In this document: in pieces, positions 28,954-37,148 of the stretch | How positions within the stretch are numbered: position 1 is the stretch's first letter | Layout of the letters: every line of letters starts with the position of its first letter | Virus record (IMG/VR): IMGVR_UViG_2852055501_000011 | Span: 1 to 64,000 of that record | DNA length: 64,000 bases | Strand: one strand, 5' to 3' | Source of the DNA: a virus | Taxonomy: Duplodnaviria > Caudoviricetes | Program-made: the position numbers and the translations under genes | The notes under the pieces: generated by a model | The model's database searches: none | Told to the model about the DNA's origin: nothing | The model's input: the letters and a program-made list of their open reading frames with translations, nothing else

Positions 28954-29355
28954 TCAAGCGCAGCCGTATACTGCGCAGCTCTGTTTCATCTCCCGGCGCT
29001 TTGCCGCCAGCGCCATAAACAACCGGTTATGCGCAGATACAAACCCGCGTTCTGCCATATCTGCCGGACTGGACAGGATCGGGCCGTTGTTGCGCCGGAC
29101 CTCATTCGGGTTTTCCCGCATGATGATCACCAGCTTTCTGTATTTCTGTGCCTTATCTGCCGCGTCAGGTGACAGTGAGTAAGCGGTACCTTCTGTGTGG
29201 ATACGGCTTACTTCCTCAGCAGCACCTATATGAGCCAGTACAGCTAATGCATTCCGGCTTGTACTGCGTGACACTTTGTATTTGTCCATGATGTAGCGGG
29301 TCGTGATTGCAGTACCCGCTGGGATATCAGTTGCAATTTTGAGATAGAGAATCAT
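28954..29355 (-). CDS. Hypothetical protein, possible winged HTH
   Basis: ITTRYIMDKYKVSRSTSRNALAVL; translationally coupled to the upstream gene. Confidence 0.55.
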   Translation of the reverse strand: MILYLKIATDIPAGTAITTRYIMDKYKVSRSTSRNALAVLAHIGAAEEVSRIHTEGTAYSLSPDAADKAQKYRKLVIIMRENPNEVRRNNGPILSSPADMAERGFVSAHNRLFMALAAKRREMKQSCAVYGCA

Positions 29356-29888
29356 GCGGATACCTCCGCCAGATACTGATTCCCGATCGCTTCCAACTCT
29401 TGTTTCAGCGCGAAAGAAGACAACCGGCGCGGGGTGATAAACGGACGCCAGATAAGAAGCATGGAGCCCTTGCTGTTACCATTTTTCTCCTCGCCCGTGA
29501 CGGGATTAACGAAGTTGATACGGCCGCCGGTAATTACCCGGATTTCATCAACTGTTTTCAGTGCCTCCAGAAACCAGCCAACAGACATGTCTTCCGGTAC
29601 CAGCATTACGACAGGCTGATTCTGCATGCGGGATTGTTCGGCTGCCTTTTCCACCCACGGACGGATATTGCTGTATGGCGGGTTACACCAAATAGCACCA
29701 TAACTGACCCACTCCGATTTGAGAGCGTCATCCTGTTCAGTCAGGTACCGAGAACAAAGTGCATTGATGTCACTCGCTGCGGCATCCAGATAGAATCCGA
29801 ACTCCAGATCCAGCGCAGTGAAAAGCCACTCCGGAGTTTGCCAACTGTCTTTGTGCTCAGGGGCTGTTTTGCTTGCATATCCGGCCAT
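29352..29888 (-). CDS. Phage N6-adenine methyltransferase (phage Dam family)
   Basis: DSWQTP, LDAAAS, WCNPPYS and GRINF motifs. Confidence 0.92.
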   Translation of the reverse strand: MAGYASKTAPEHKDSWQTPEWLFTALDLEFGFYLDAAASDINALCSRYLTEQDDALKSEWVSYGAIWCNPPYSNIRPWVEKAAEQSRMQNQPVVMLVPEDMSVGWFLEALKTVDEIRVITGGRINFVNPVTGEEKNGNSKGSMLLIWRPFITPRRLSSFALKQELEAIGNQYLAEVSA

Positions 29889-30130
29889 CAGATAACCCCC
29901 TCACGCAGGTAGTGCTTCACCTTGTGGCGAATCAGGGTGTACTCATCTCTGATATTAAAAAAGTCAGCGATATCAGGTCGGCCACGTAAGCATTTGATTG
30001 CCAGGTTGCGCAAATGCCAATCCTTACGAATATCGCGCAGTACCCACCACCGACGGATCTGATGCTGGACGGCCAGAGCCGGGAACACACTCACGCCATA
30101 AATTTCTTTGCTTTCTGAGCGCATGTTCAT
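29888..30130 (-). CDS. Hypothetical protein
   Basis: 80 aa ORF coupled to both neighbours by overlapping start/stop codons. Confidence 0.6.
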   Translation of the reverse strand: MNMRSESKEIYGVSVFPALAVQHQIRRWWVLRDIRKDWHLRNLAIKCLRGRPDIADFFNIRDEYTLIRHKVKHYLREGVI

Positions 30131-31011
30131 GCTGTCTCCCGTTCTTTGGCGGCCTGCTCTGTGGCCTGTTTCCAGTACCCGCGAAATGCTGCTCGTCCGG
30201 CAATTTCATTCATACGCCCAATGTAGGATTTGTGTTTTGCGACCAGCTCCTGTACGCGGTTTTCTGGCTTCCAGTCGGAGGATGAGAACATTTTTCTGAA
30301 GACTTCATCGCACTCGGTGGTGTCGATGTTCTTTGAGTCCGCAGCGCGTTTAAATCCGGCGGCCGTATTCAGCCAGTATCTGAAACCGGCATTCCAGTCA
30401 GCGTATTGGGTACCCTTGCTGGCGTGGTAGTCGCTGAATTTCTGAAACTCGTCCTGAATATCCAGACCGGCGGCTTTGGCCTGATCGGTGTGTTCTGGTG
30501 TCGGAACAAAGTTTTCCGGCATCACGGTTTTGCTTTTGGTTTTTCCGCGAACAGGATTAATATTTTTATTTTCTGGATCTATGACTGGATCATTACTGAT
30601 TCTGGGTGCAGCTCCTGCACCACTATCGGAACCAGTTGCACCACCTGGTGAATCTGCTGCACCAGTCCCGGAACCATTTGCACCACTCACCCCCGCAGGA
30701 TTTGCACCATATGGTGCAGCAGATTCACCACTCACAACGACAGCATTTAAACGCAGATGATAGATATTTGACTGGTTCAGACCGTTGGCCGATTTCCGGG
30801 ACTCAACACGAACCAACCCCATTTCCACCAAGGCGTTAATGTGGTTTTGCACTGACCGCTCTGACATTTCGCACTGCTCAGCAATGTACGGCACAGACGG
30901 CCACGATTCGCCCTGGTCGTTGGCGTTATCCGCCAGCTTTACCAGTACCAGTTTGCGCAGCGCGTTGCCGGTTTTTATCTGCAAAGCCCGCGCAGTTAAA
31001 ATCATACTCAT
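30127..31011 (-). CDS. Replication initiator (O-like, N-terminal HTH)
   Basis: KLVLVKLADNAND.GESWPSVPYIAEQCEMSERSV; internal repeat region; C-terminal FSDYH..YADWNAGFRYW. Confidence 0.88.
   Translation of the reverse strand: MSMILTARALQIKTGNALRKLVLVKLADNANDQGESWPSVPYIAEQCEMSERSVQNHINALVEMGLVRVESRKSANGLNQSNIYHLRLNAVVVSGESAAPYGANPAGVSGANGSGTGAADSPGGATGSDSGAGAAPRISNDPVIDPENKNINPVRGKTKSKTVMPENFVPTPEHTDQAKAAGLDIQDEFQKFSDYHASKGTQYADWNAGFRYWLNTAAGFKRAADSKNIDTTECDEVFRKMFSSSDWKPENRVQELVAKHKSYIGRMNEIAGRAAFRGYWKQATEQAAKERETA
30606..30730. repeat. Probable iterons (replication origin) inside the initiator gene
   Basis: TGCACCA recurs at about 21 bp spacing with inverted GGTGCAG copies; next to an AT-rich stretch. 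Confidence 0.7.
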
Positions 31012-31196
31012 GGTTTCACCTCACCCACGCGTGTATACCGCTCCTGAAAGGTTTTCAGAGGTTCAAAGCACGGATGTTCATAGCCGTCACGCATGAAAAT
31101 CACCCGGCTGTTCTCCCGGTCGTACCGGATAACGTGAACTTTCCGCCCGCGGCTGTCGGTGTAATACCGATCAAGATTGTCAGCTGTTTCTTTCAT
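31008..31196 (-). CDS. DUF4222-like small protein
   Basis: YTDSRGRKVHVIRYD...VIFMRDGYEHPCFEPLKTFQERYTRV. Confidence 0.75.
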   Translation of the reverse strand: MKETADNLDRYYTDSRGRKVHVIRYDRENSRVIFMRDGYEHPCFEPLKTFQERYTRVGEVKP

Positions 31197-31384
31197 ACCG
31201 CGGCTCCTGCTGTCTTACCCATGCGGTTAAAATCACCTACCGCCCACTTCACAAACTGGTAGTTTGTTTCTGAGAAACCTTCCGGTACTCTTACCGTATA
31301 AACAAATGCGGCAGGGTCTTTACCACCCTTCACAGGAGCAACGCGGAGTTGCGCAAAGCCTGCCAAATGAGTTAATCTGCTCAT
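31193..31384 (-). CDS. Hypothetical protein
   Basis: 63 aa ORF with ATGA coupling to the downstream gene. Confidence 0.5.
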   Translation of the reverse strand: MSRLTHLAGFAQLRVAPVKGGKDPAAFVYTVRVPEGFSETNYQFVKWAVGDFNRMGKTAGAAV

Positions 31385-31448
31385 GCGTTTATCTCTTCAC
31401 ACAAATTGATATAGCGCGACCGAAGCCGGAGGCCGTATACCTTCGGCT

Positions 31449-31946
31449 TCACCCTTTCTTCCGGTAAATCTTCCGGTAAATTTCGATAAGCGAATGCCTG
31501 TATTCAGTTTCTGCGGCAATGCACCGGTTATGTTTCCTGATAATCTCAATAGCTTCTTTTTCATCGATATACCCGTCATTCGAAATTGATTCCCCGATAC
31601 ACATGCTCAGAGCGGCCTTTCTTTGGTCTACCCTCATACGCAGGTCATGCAGCTCAACACTGTCCAGTGCCCCGGCATCCGGCTTTTGGTATGAAACACG
31701 GCCTATACGCTCATTGAAGTAATCAGCTAAAAATTTCTCTTCTGACAGATCCTCCAGTGTTTCCAGCTGACCCAGCGTGAAATAACCGGTACCGTTTTTT
31801 TCGTTAAAGCGATTACGGAACGCGGGTAATCTGATATTCAGAATGGCCGCCAGGGCTTCATGACCGCCTGGGTAACTTTCCACAAAGTCAGAAACCCGTT
31901 GCTTAAGATCCACAATTGGAATTTCTTTCGGTAATTTGTTCTTCAT
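31449..31946 (-). CDS. YmfL/CII-like regulatory protein
   Basis: YPGGHEALAAIL..FRNRFNEKNG..F and NDGYIDEKE; directly after cro. Confidence 0.78.
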   Translation of the reverse strand: MKNKLPKEIPIVDLKQRVSDFVESYPGGHEALAAILNIRLPAFRNRFNEKNGTGYFTLGQLETLEDLSEEKFLADYFNERIGRVSYQKPDAGALDSVELHDLRMRVDQRKAALSMCIGESISNDGYIDEKEAIEIIRKHNRCIAAETEYRHSLIEIYRKIYRKKG

Positions 31947-31975
31947 TGCCTACTCGCTTTCAGGTTGGGTTGTAG

Positions 31976-32194
31976 TTAACCGTGCTTTTCTGTGCTGCTA
32001 TGCTGATAAAGTTCAGGGTTGTACTTGAGTTTTCCGTCAGTTCGGCAGGCTGCCTCGAAGGCTCTGCTTTTTGGAATTAACCCACCCGGACGTTTCTTCC
32101 ATTGGTAAAACGCTTCCGGGGTTATCCCAAAAAAATCAGCCACTTTTCCAGCACTACCAAAATGCTTTTCGATCTCGCTTGTAGTCATTGGCAT
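31976..32194 (-). CDS. cro: Cro-like repressor
   Basis: HFGSAGKVADFFGITPEAFYQW HTH; divergent from cI. Confidence 0.85.
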   Translation of the reverse strand: MPMTTSEIEKHFGSAGKVADFFGITPEAFYQWKKRPGGLIPKSRAFEAACRTDGKLKYNPELYQHSSTEKHG

Positions 32195-32218
32195 CCCCTT
32201 AGGTATTAGTAAAGTTAG

Positions 32219-32247
32219 ATGTTATGGTATTAGTTATCTTTTATCAA
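32219..32247 (-). promoter_or_regulatory. pR-like promoter overlapping TAA-N6-TTA operator-like sites
   Basis: TTGATA-N17-TAACAT; nearby TAAGATAGGTTA and TAAGTGAGGTTA. Confidence 0.65.
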
Positions 32248-32289
32248 TAAAAAATAAGATAGGTTATGTATTGTCTAAGTGAGGTTAGG

Positions 32290-32922
32290 ATGGAGACTGT
32301 AGGAAGTAGAATAAAGAGACTAAGGAATACAACGAAAACAACACAGGTTGAGCTCGGCAAGTTCTGTGGTGTATCAGGCGTAGCGGTCGGCTTTTGGGAG
32401 AGGGATTTAAATCAACCAAGCGGTGATGCACTAATTAAGTTAGCGCAATTTTTTAACACAACAGAACCGTATATTTTGTACGGAATACCGTCAAAGCATG
32501 CTGAAAATGTCATAACAACAATGCGAAAAATCCCTGTAATATCATACGTGCAGGCTGGATTATTTACTGAAAGTATTCCTGAAGATATATATAATGACGC
32601 ACTTGAATACCTTGAGACATCAATAAAAACATCACCATCAAGTTTTGCCCTTATTGTAAAAGGTGATTCTATGACAAACCCTTCCGGTTCACCATCCATA
32701 CCGGAGGGAGCAAAAGTAATTGTAGACCCAGAGGCGGAAGTCGTTAACGGGAAAATTGTCGTAGCCCGCCTTGATGGAACAAGCGAAGTGACGATAAAAA
32801 AACTAGTAATAGATGGCCCGAGTAAATTTCTATCCCCCCTAAACCCCCGCTACCCAAACATTTCCATTAACGGAAACTGCCTAATCATTGGGGTTGTCCG
32901 TGGTGTACAATACGAACTCTAA
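32290..32922 (+). CDS. cI: CI repressor (HTH plus S24 peptidase), SOS-cleavable
   Basis: HTH; cleavage site VQAG; catalytic GDSM serine and TIKKL lysine all intact. Confidence 0.93.
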   Translation: METVGSRIKRLRNTTKTTQVELGKFCGVSGVAVGFWERDLNQPSGDALIKLAQFFNTTEPYILYGIPSKHAENVITTMRKIPVISYVQAGLFTESIPEDIYNDALEYLETSIKTSPSSFALIVKGDSMTNPSGSPSIPEGAKVIVDPEAEVVNGKIVVARLDGTSEVTIKKLVIDGPSKFLSPLNPRYPNISINGNCLIIGVVRGVQYEL

Positions 32923-32963
32923 TTTGTCTTAATCACGCAAATCTAATTTTAATAAGATTTGCG

Positions 32964-32992
32964 TTGACCCACAAGCGAAGATATCTTAGACT
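32964..32992 (+). promoter_or_regulatory. pL-like promoter
   Basis: TTGACC-N17-TAGACT; flanked by TAATTTGTCTTA, GAAGATATCTTA and TAATGAAGATTA operator-like sites. Confidence 0.7.
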
Positions 32993-33022
32993 AAAACCTA
33001 ATGAAGATTAGGAGAGAATCTA

Positions 33023-33235
33023 ATGCAAACCGAACCAATCATCACCACAAACAACATGTCAGTAGACGATGTTGCCGCGTGGATCACCGAAAAAGCCCAG
33101 GCACTTCAAAAGCTGGAATCTCTGCGTGCAGAACGTGACAGAGAGATCCGCGACCACGAACGCACTATCAGTCGACTCGATGAAGATATCATCAAGTGGG
33201 AAGAGCGCTGTACTTTAACAGTACAACCGCAGTAA
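33023..33235 (+). CDS. Hypothetical coiled-coil protein, first gene of the left operon
   Basis: AGGAG SD; heptad pattern. Confidence 0.65.
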   Translation: MQTEPIITTNNMSVDDVAAWITEKAQALQKLESLRAERDREIRDHERTISRLDEDIIKWEERCTLTVQPQ

Positions 33236-33455
33236 CGGCTGCGTATCTGAATAACTGTGTGAAGAGTAAACGACCCCACAACAATAACCATGCAATACCA
33301 TTAGCGGCCGTGCATAACGCGGTGCAGTCCACCAGCCGGCCGCCGTTTTTTACAAACATAAGTCCACCGGCGTAAATCGTCCTGCCGGATAGATACCTTG
33401 CCTGACCGCTGGTGGACTTATCTTTGTGTGAAGAGACAACGAAAGGAAAAACGCA

Positions 33456-33818
33456 ATGAGCGAGAATAACCGCATGACCAGTGTACCGGACTTTCTCTCC
33501 GAGTTAGACGCCGGTGTGTTTGAAAACAAACTTTCTGCTGCACTGAATGAAGTCGCTTTTGGTACCAATAAGAACGGCGGTACTGGTGAAGTACACGTGA
33601 TTTTTAAATTCACTCAGTCAGATGAAGACCGCGTGAAAATATCTCACAAACTGAAAATGGTTACACCGACTAAGCGCGGTAAAAAATCGGAAGAGGATAC
33701 AACCGAAACACCGATGTGGGTCGGTAAAGGCGGGAAACTCACTATTCTACCGGAAGACCAGGGGCAGTTATTTGGTATTGACGGCAGTATCGACGGGAAA
33801 TTAAAAGCCATTAATTAA
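33456..33818 (+). CDS. Conserved prophage protein (YfdP-like)
   Basis: TSVPDFLSELDAGVFENK..PTKRGKKSEEDTTETPMWVGKGGKLT; adjacent to YfdQ. Confidence 0.8.
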   Translation: MSENNRMTSVPDFLSELDAGVFENKLSAALNEVAFGTNKNGGTGEVHVIFKFTQSDEDRVKISHKLKMVTPTKRGKKSEEDTTETPMWVGKGGKLTILPEDQGQLFGIDGSIDGKLKAIN

Positions 33819-33883
33819 TTTCCACTTTTTAAATAAATCATTCCATTTACTTTTTATGTTTTTAATTAAACAGGAGTCTTTTT

Positions 33884-34711
33884 ATGTCTAATTTAGACGG
33901 AACCGCTATTTCTCAGATTCAGAATATGGCCGTTGCTTCATTAAGTCTGGACGCTGTAAATAAATCCCTCTGCCCTGCTGTGGTTTTACCGGGTGATTTC
34001 AATGTTAAAAGCCTGGAGCACTTACAGGAAGGTCGCTATCGCTTCCGTGGTGCGATGGATACAACCAGTATCACTGACTTTGTGAAGTATTCCCTGCAAC
34101 ACGGTGTTGAGGAAGGTGTCAGCTGCTTTATTGATGCTGATGAAATGGCCGCTAAAACCATCTTTAATATCGGTTCCATCGGTGAGCCTGGGCATGCAGA
34201 TAATACAGCCACTGTATCACTGAAAAAGACATCGCCTTTTGCATCACTGCTGAATGTTAACGGCCGCCGTCAGGGTCAGAAAGAACTGGCGGAATGGCTG
34301 GAAGACTGGCGCGATAACCTGATGGCATTTGATGCAGAAGGTAATGTTATTGATATTAAGCAGGCAATCAATGCTGTGCGCAAAATCACCATTGAAGCAA
34401 GCCGCTCCGCAGATCATGAGGACCGTGATTTTGGTGCCAGCCGCTCCGTAATGGAAAGCGTGGAAGCAAAAAGCCGTGACATCATGCCTGCTGTATTTCA
34501 GTTTACCTGCACACCATACGATGAACTGTCTGAACGTGCTATCAAACTGCGTTACAGCGTTCTGACCGGTGGTGATGTACCTGTGCTGGTACTGCGTATT
34601 GTTCAGCTGGAAAAACTGGAAGAACAAATCGCCCAGGAATTCCGTGATCTGCTGGCTGATAAATTCGAAGAAACCGAAATTCAAACCTATATCGGTAAAT
34701 TCAAAGCTTAA
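33884..34711 (+). CDS. YfdQ-family (DUF2303) protein
   Basis: RYRFRGAM.T.SITDF, PGHADNTA and QKELAEWLEDW motifs. Confidence 0.88.
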   Translation: MSNLDGTAISQIQNMAVASLSLDAVNKSLCPAVVLPGDFNVKSLEHLQEGRYRFRGAMDTTSITDFVKYSLQHGVEEGVSCFIDADEMAAKTIFNIGSIGEPGHADNTATVSLKKTSPFASLLNVNGRRQGQKELAEWLEDWRDNLMAFDAEGNVIDIKQAINAVRKITIEASRSADHEDRDFGASRSVMESVEAKSRDIMPAVFQFTCTPYDELSERAIKLRYSVLTGGDVPVLVLRIVQLEKLEEQIAQEFRDLLADKFEETEIQTYIGKFKA

Positions 34712-34809
34712 TTATTTTATGCCGCTTTAACCGGCGGCATTTCTACTGCCAACACCAGAGAATAAGTTAGTTTAATAAAATATAGAATCTTTATTACATA
34801 GAGGCCTCC

Positions 34810-35037
34810 ATGCCTGAACAAAAAAAACAAAGCGTTAAAATGATTATTACTGTGGCATTAGGTACCCCACCCACTATTAACGTTGATGTACAGAATGAAC
34901 TTCATATTAATGAAGAACAACCTCTTACAAAATATTTCTTAGAAAGAGTTAGTGAATATATTTCCGGCAAAGAAGCAATAACGAATGCAATAACAAAAGC
35001 CGCACAAGATACTCTGACAAAAAGAAATATACACTAA
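34810..35037 (+). CDS. AT-rich hypothetical protein
   Basis: 75 aa; GAGG SD; markedly more AT-rich than its neighbours. Confidence 0.6.
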   Translation: MPEQKKQSVKMIITVALGTPPTINVDVQNELHINEEQPLTKYFLERVSEYISGKEAITNAITKAAQDTLTKRNIH

Positions 35038-35079
35038 AAAATAATGGCTTTTTATTACCTAAATTGTGTGGAGAGATAA

Positions 35080-35802
35080 ATGTTATATATATCAACCAGT
35101 ACCGGAAAACATATTGATTTCGTCAATATCACTCCGGATCAGATTTGTATCGAAGATATCGCGCGCGGTCTGTCGAATGAATGCCGCTTTGCCGGGCAAC
35201 TGGAAAGTTTCTATTCCGTGGCTCAGCACTCTGTATATGTCAGCCAGATTGTGCCGCCGGAATACGCACTGGAAGCGCTGCTGCACGATGCCGCTGAGGC
35301 GTATATCAAAGATATCCCCTCACCGCTGAAAGCCATGCTGCCGGACTACAAGGCCGTGGAAAAACGCATTGAAGCGGTTATCCGTGAAAATTTCGGCCTG
35401 CCGCCGGTAATGACAGTTGATGTTCACTATGCCGATCTGGTCATGCTGGCGACCGAAAAACGGGACTTTGAAATAGACCCCGGCGGCCACTGGCCGATGC
35501 TGGATTCAGCCCCACCACATGATGACATCATTATCCGGCCACTGACACCGCCGCAGGCATATCACCAGTTTATGGCCCGGTTTGAAATCCTAACAAGAGG
35601 TGATTCATTTCCAGAGATACTAGAGCTTGGCCTCAGTGTGCGGGCTGCAAATTGCCTTAAACAGGCAGGGATAGTAACAACAGGGCTGTTACTGAAAGAA
35701 ACAGAAGTAAACCTCTTAAGAATACCAGGAATTGGGAGTCAGATACTCAGAGAAATAATTGAATCGATAAAACCATTCGGACTTAAGTTAAAAAAAGGAT
35801 AG
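35080..35802 (+). CDS. YfdR/YfbR-like HD phosphohydrolase fused to a C-terminal RNA polymerase alpha-CTD-like domain
   Basis: YSVAQHS..ALLHDAAEAYIKDI..YAD (HD motif) followed by ELGLSVRAANCLKQAGI..ETEVNLLRIPGIG. Confidence 0.88.
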   Translation: MLYISTSTGKHIDFVNITPDQICIEDIARGLSNECRFAGQLESFYSVAQHSVYVSQIVPPEYALEALLHDAAEAYIKDIPSPLKAMLPDYKAVEKRIEAVIRENFGLPPVMTVDVHYADLVMLATEKRDFEIDPGGHWPMLDSAPPHDDIIIRPLTPPQAYHQFMARFEILTRGDSFPEILELGLSVRAANCLKQAGIVTTGLLLKETEVNLLRIPGIGSQILREIIESIKPFGLKLKKG

Positions 35803-35807
35803 TAATA

Positions 35808-36377
35808 GTGAATAAATTCAAACATCTGATGATTGATCTTGAAGTTATGGCTAAAAAGCCGGATGGCGCTATAGCAGCTATTGCGGCTGTACCGTTCGAT
35901 ATGGTTTCCGGTGTAACCGATGATGCGCTTTTTTATGAGGTGGTCGATCTGCGTAGTAGTGCCGGATTGGGCGGAAGTATCGACGCTGATACCGTGCTGT
36001 GGTGGCTGGGTAAAAGCGATAATGCCCGTGGTGAAATCATTAATAGCGAAAAGGCCATTGAACTGCCTGACGCACTGCTCGGCCTCAGTTCATTCGTTTC
36101 TGAGTTCTGTGGAGAACAGGTTCAGGTATGGGGTAACGGAAGTAGTTTCGATAACGTTATTTTGCGATCAGCTTATGAAAACTGCGGGATAACTCCGTTC
36201 TGGAAGCACTGGAATGACCGGGATGTGCGCACCATTGTCGAACTTGGCCGCAATGCCGGCATCGACCCGAAAAAAGATTTCCCGTTTGTTGGTGAAGCAC
36301 ACAATGCACTGGATGATGCATTGCACCAGGTGAATTACGTGGTCGCAATCCACCAGCATTTATTAAAAAACCTCTAA
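35808..36377 (+). CDS. DEDDh 3'-5' exonuclease (phage type)
   Basis: MIDLE, VWGNGSSFDNVIL, RDVRT and HNALDDA motifs. Confidence 0.9.
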   Translation: MNKFKHLMIDLEVMAKKPDGAIAAIAAVPFDMVSGVTDDALFYEVVDLRSSAGLGGSIDADTVLWWLGKSDNARGEIINSEKAIELPDALLGLSSFVSEFCGEQVQVWGNGSSFDNVILRSAYENCGITPFWKHWNDRDVRTIVELGRNAGIDPKKDFPFVGEAHNALDDALHQVNYVVAIHQHLLKNL

Positions 36378-36407
36378 TCGTATACGGCGATGTGTGGAGA
36401 GAAGATT

Positions 36408-36596
36408 ATGAATACTGAACCGACAAGATACATAAAAATGAAGGAAATGATTTCTCTGACGGGAAAAAGTAAACCGACACTGTGGCGGATGTACGCGAAA
36501 CGAAACGAGTTTCCGAAGCCGGAAAGAACGAAAGGCGGGACTTTTTTGGGATGGTCTGAAACTGTTTATGAGGATTGGGTCAGGAGTGAAAAATAA
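36408..36596 (+). CDS. AlpA/TorI-family excisionase
   Basis: YIKMKEMISLTGKSKPTLWRM..EFPKP..GWSE..V.DW; adjacent to att. Confidence 0.85.
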   Translation: MNTEPTRYIKMKEMISLTGKSKPTLWRMYAKRNEFPKPERTKGGTFLGWSETVYEDWVRSEK

Positions 36597-36655
36597 AATA
36601 CTAACTAGACCCGTTACTTAACCCGCTTTCTGGCGGGTTTTCTTTCCCCGTTATA

Positions 36656-36668
36656 TAACTTATTGATT
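36656..36668 (-). promoter_or_regulatory. IHF site flanking att
   Basis: AATCAA-TAAG-TTA matches WATCAANNNNTTR. Confidence 0.6.
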
Positions 36669-36672
36669 TATA

Positions 36673-36717
36673 TGGTACGCCCTACAGGATTCGAACCTGT
36701 GACCTACGGCTTAGAAG
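36673..36717 (-). other. att core: 3' half of tRNA-Arg(UCU), not an intact tRNA
   Basis: Minus strand CTTCTAA-GCCGT-AGGTC-ACAGG-TTCGAAT-CCTGT-AGGGCGT-ACCA (anticodon loop, T arm, acceptor strand, CCA); upstream sequence cannot form the D arm or 5' stems. Confidence 0.9.
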
Positions 36718-36907
36718 AGCGTAGAATTAATCCTTTGTAATCAATTAAATATGGAAGTAACCAGTGTTCACGCACCATTTCCATAATGAAGTTGTTCAAA
36801 GTCGTTCTATGTCATTTCAAGTCATTTTAGTTTATCCGCCCCATTTCCGCCCCATCATACAATCCCCCTGCTATACTCCCATCATCACCCACCACTCCGA
36901 AACCAAC

Positions 36908-37132
36908 ATGCACAACATCGCCAACCTACCCCAAGACGAAAAAGACAAAATTAATGCCGATTTAGCCGCATCCGGTATCGCGTACAAAGAAAGACTCGGA
37001 CTGCCGTATGATCTGTACGAAACAGAAAACCAGCAGCCCGAGCATTTACGCCCGTACTTCAGAGAGAGGCTGGAGCACTACAGGGAGATCGGGAAAAGGT
37101 TTCCGCGCGGGTTCGAGTATGAGAAGGAGTGA
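36908..37132 (+). CDS. holE: DNA polymerase III theta subunit homolog (HolE / P1 Hot-like)
   Basis: NIANLPQDEKDKINADLAASGIAYKER..QPEHLRPYFRERL matches HolE/Hot motifs. Confidence 0.88.
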   Translation: MHNIANLPQDEKDKINADLAASGIAYKERLGLPYDLYETENQQPEHLRPYFRERLEHYREIGKRFPRGFEYEKE

Positions 37133-37148
37133 TCATGTCACGTTCATG

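Larger units (their letters stand above)
4436..36672. mobile_element. Prophage 1: HK97-type head, lambda-type tail, SfV/ST64B-like early region; probably truncated at the left end
   Basis: Continuous order J-I-K-L-M-H-tail-head-terminase-HNH-lysis-Q-replication-cro/cI-left operon-xis ending at the tRNA-derived att; no integrase seen. Confidence 0.93.

Noticed and set aside
30606-30730. CRISPR-like repeat array
   Set aside because: Repeats are short, degenerate and in frame within the replication gene, with no spacers or cas genes; iterons fit better
33209-33222. LexA box CTGT-ACTTTA-ACAG
   Set aside because: Spacer is 6 bp instead of the required 8
36673-36750. Intact tRNA-Arg gene
   Set aside because: Only the anticodon loop to CCA is present; the 5' anticodon strand (ACGCT) does not pair fully with GCCGT and there is no D arm, so it is an att duplication
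35808-37132. DEDDh exonuclease and theta homolog as an epsilon/theta pair
   Set aside because: They lie on opposite sides of the att junction in different prophages, and the exonuclease is the phage type rather than DnaQ
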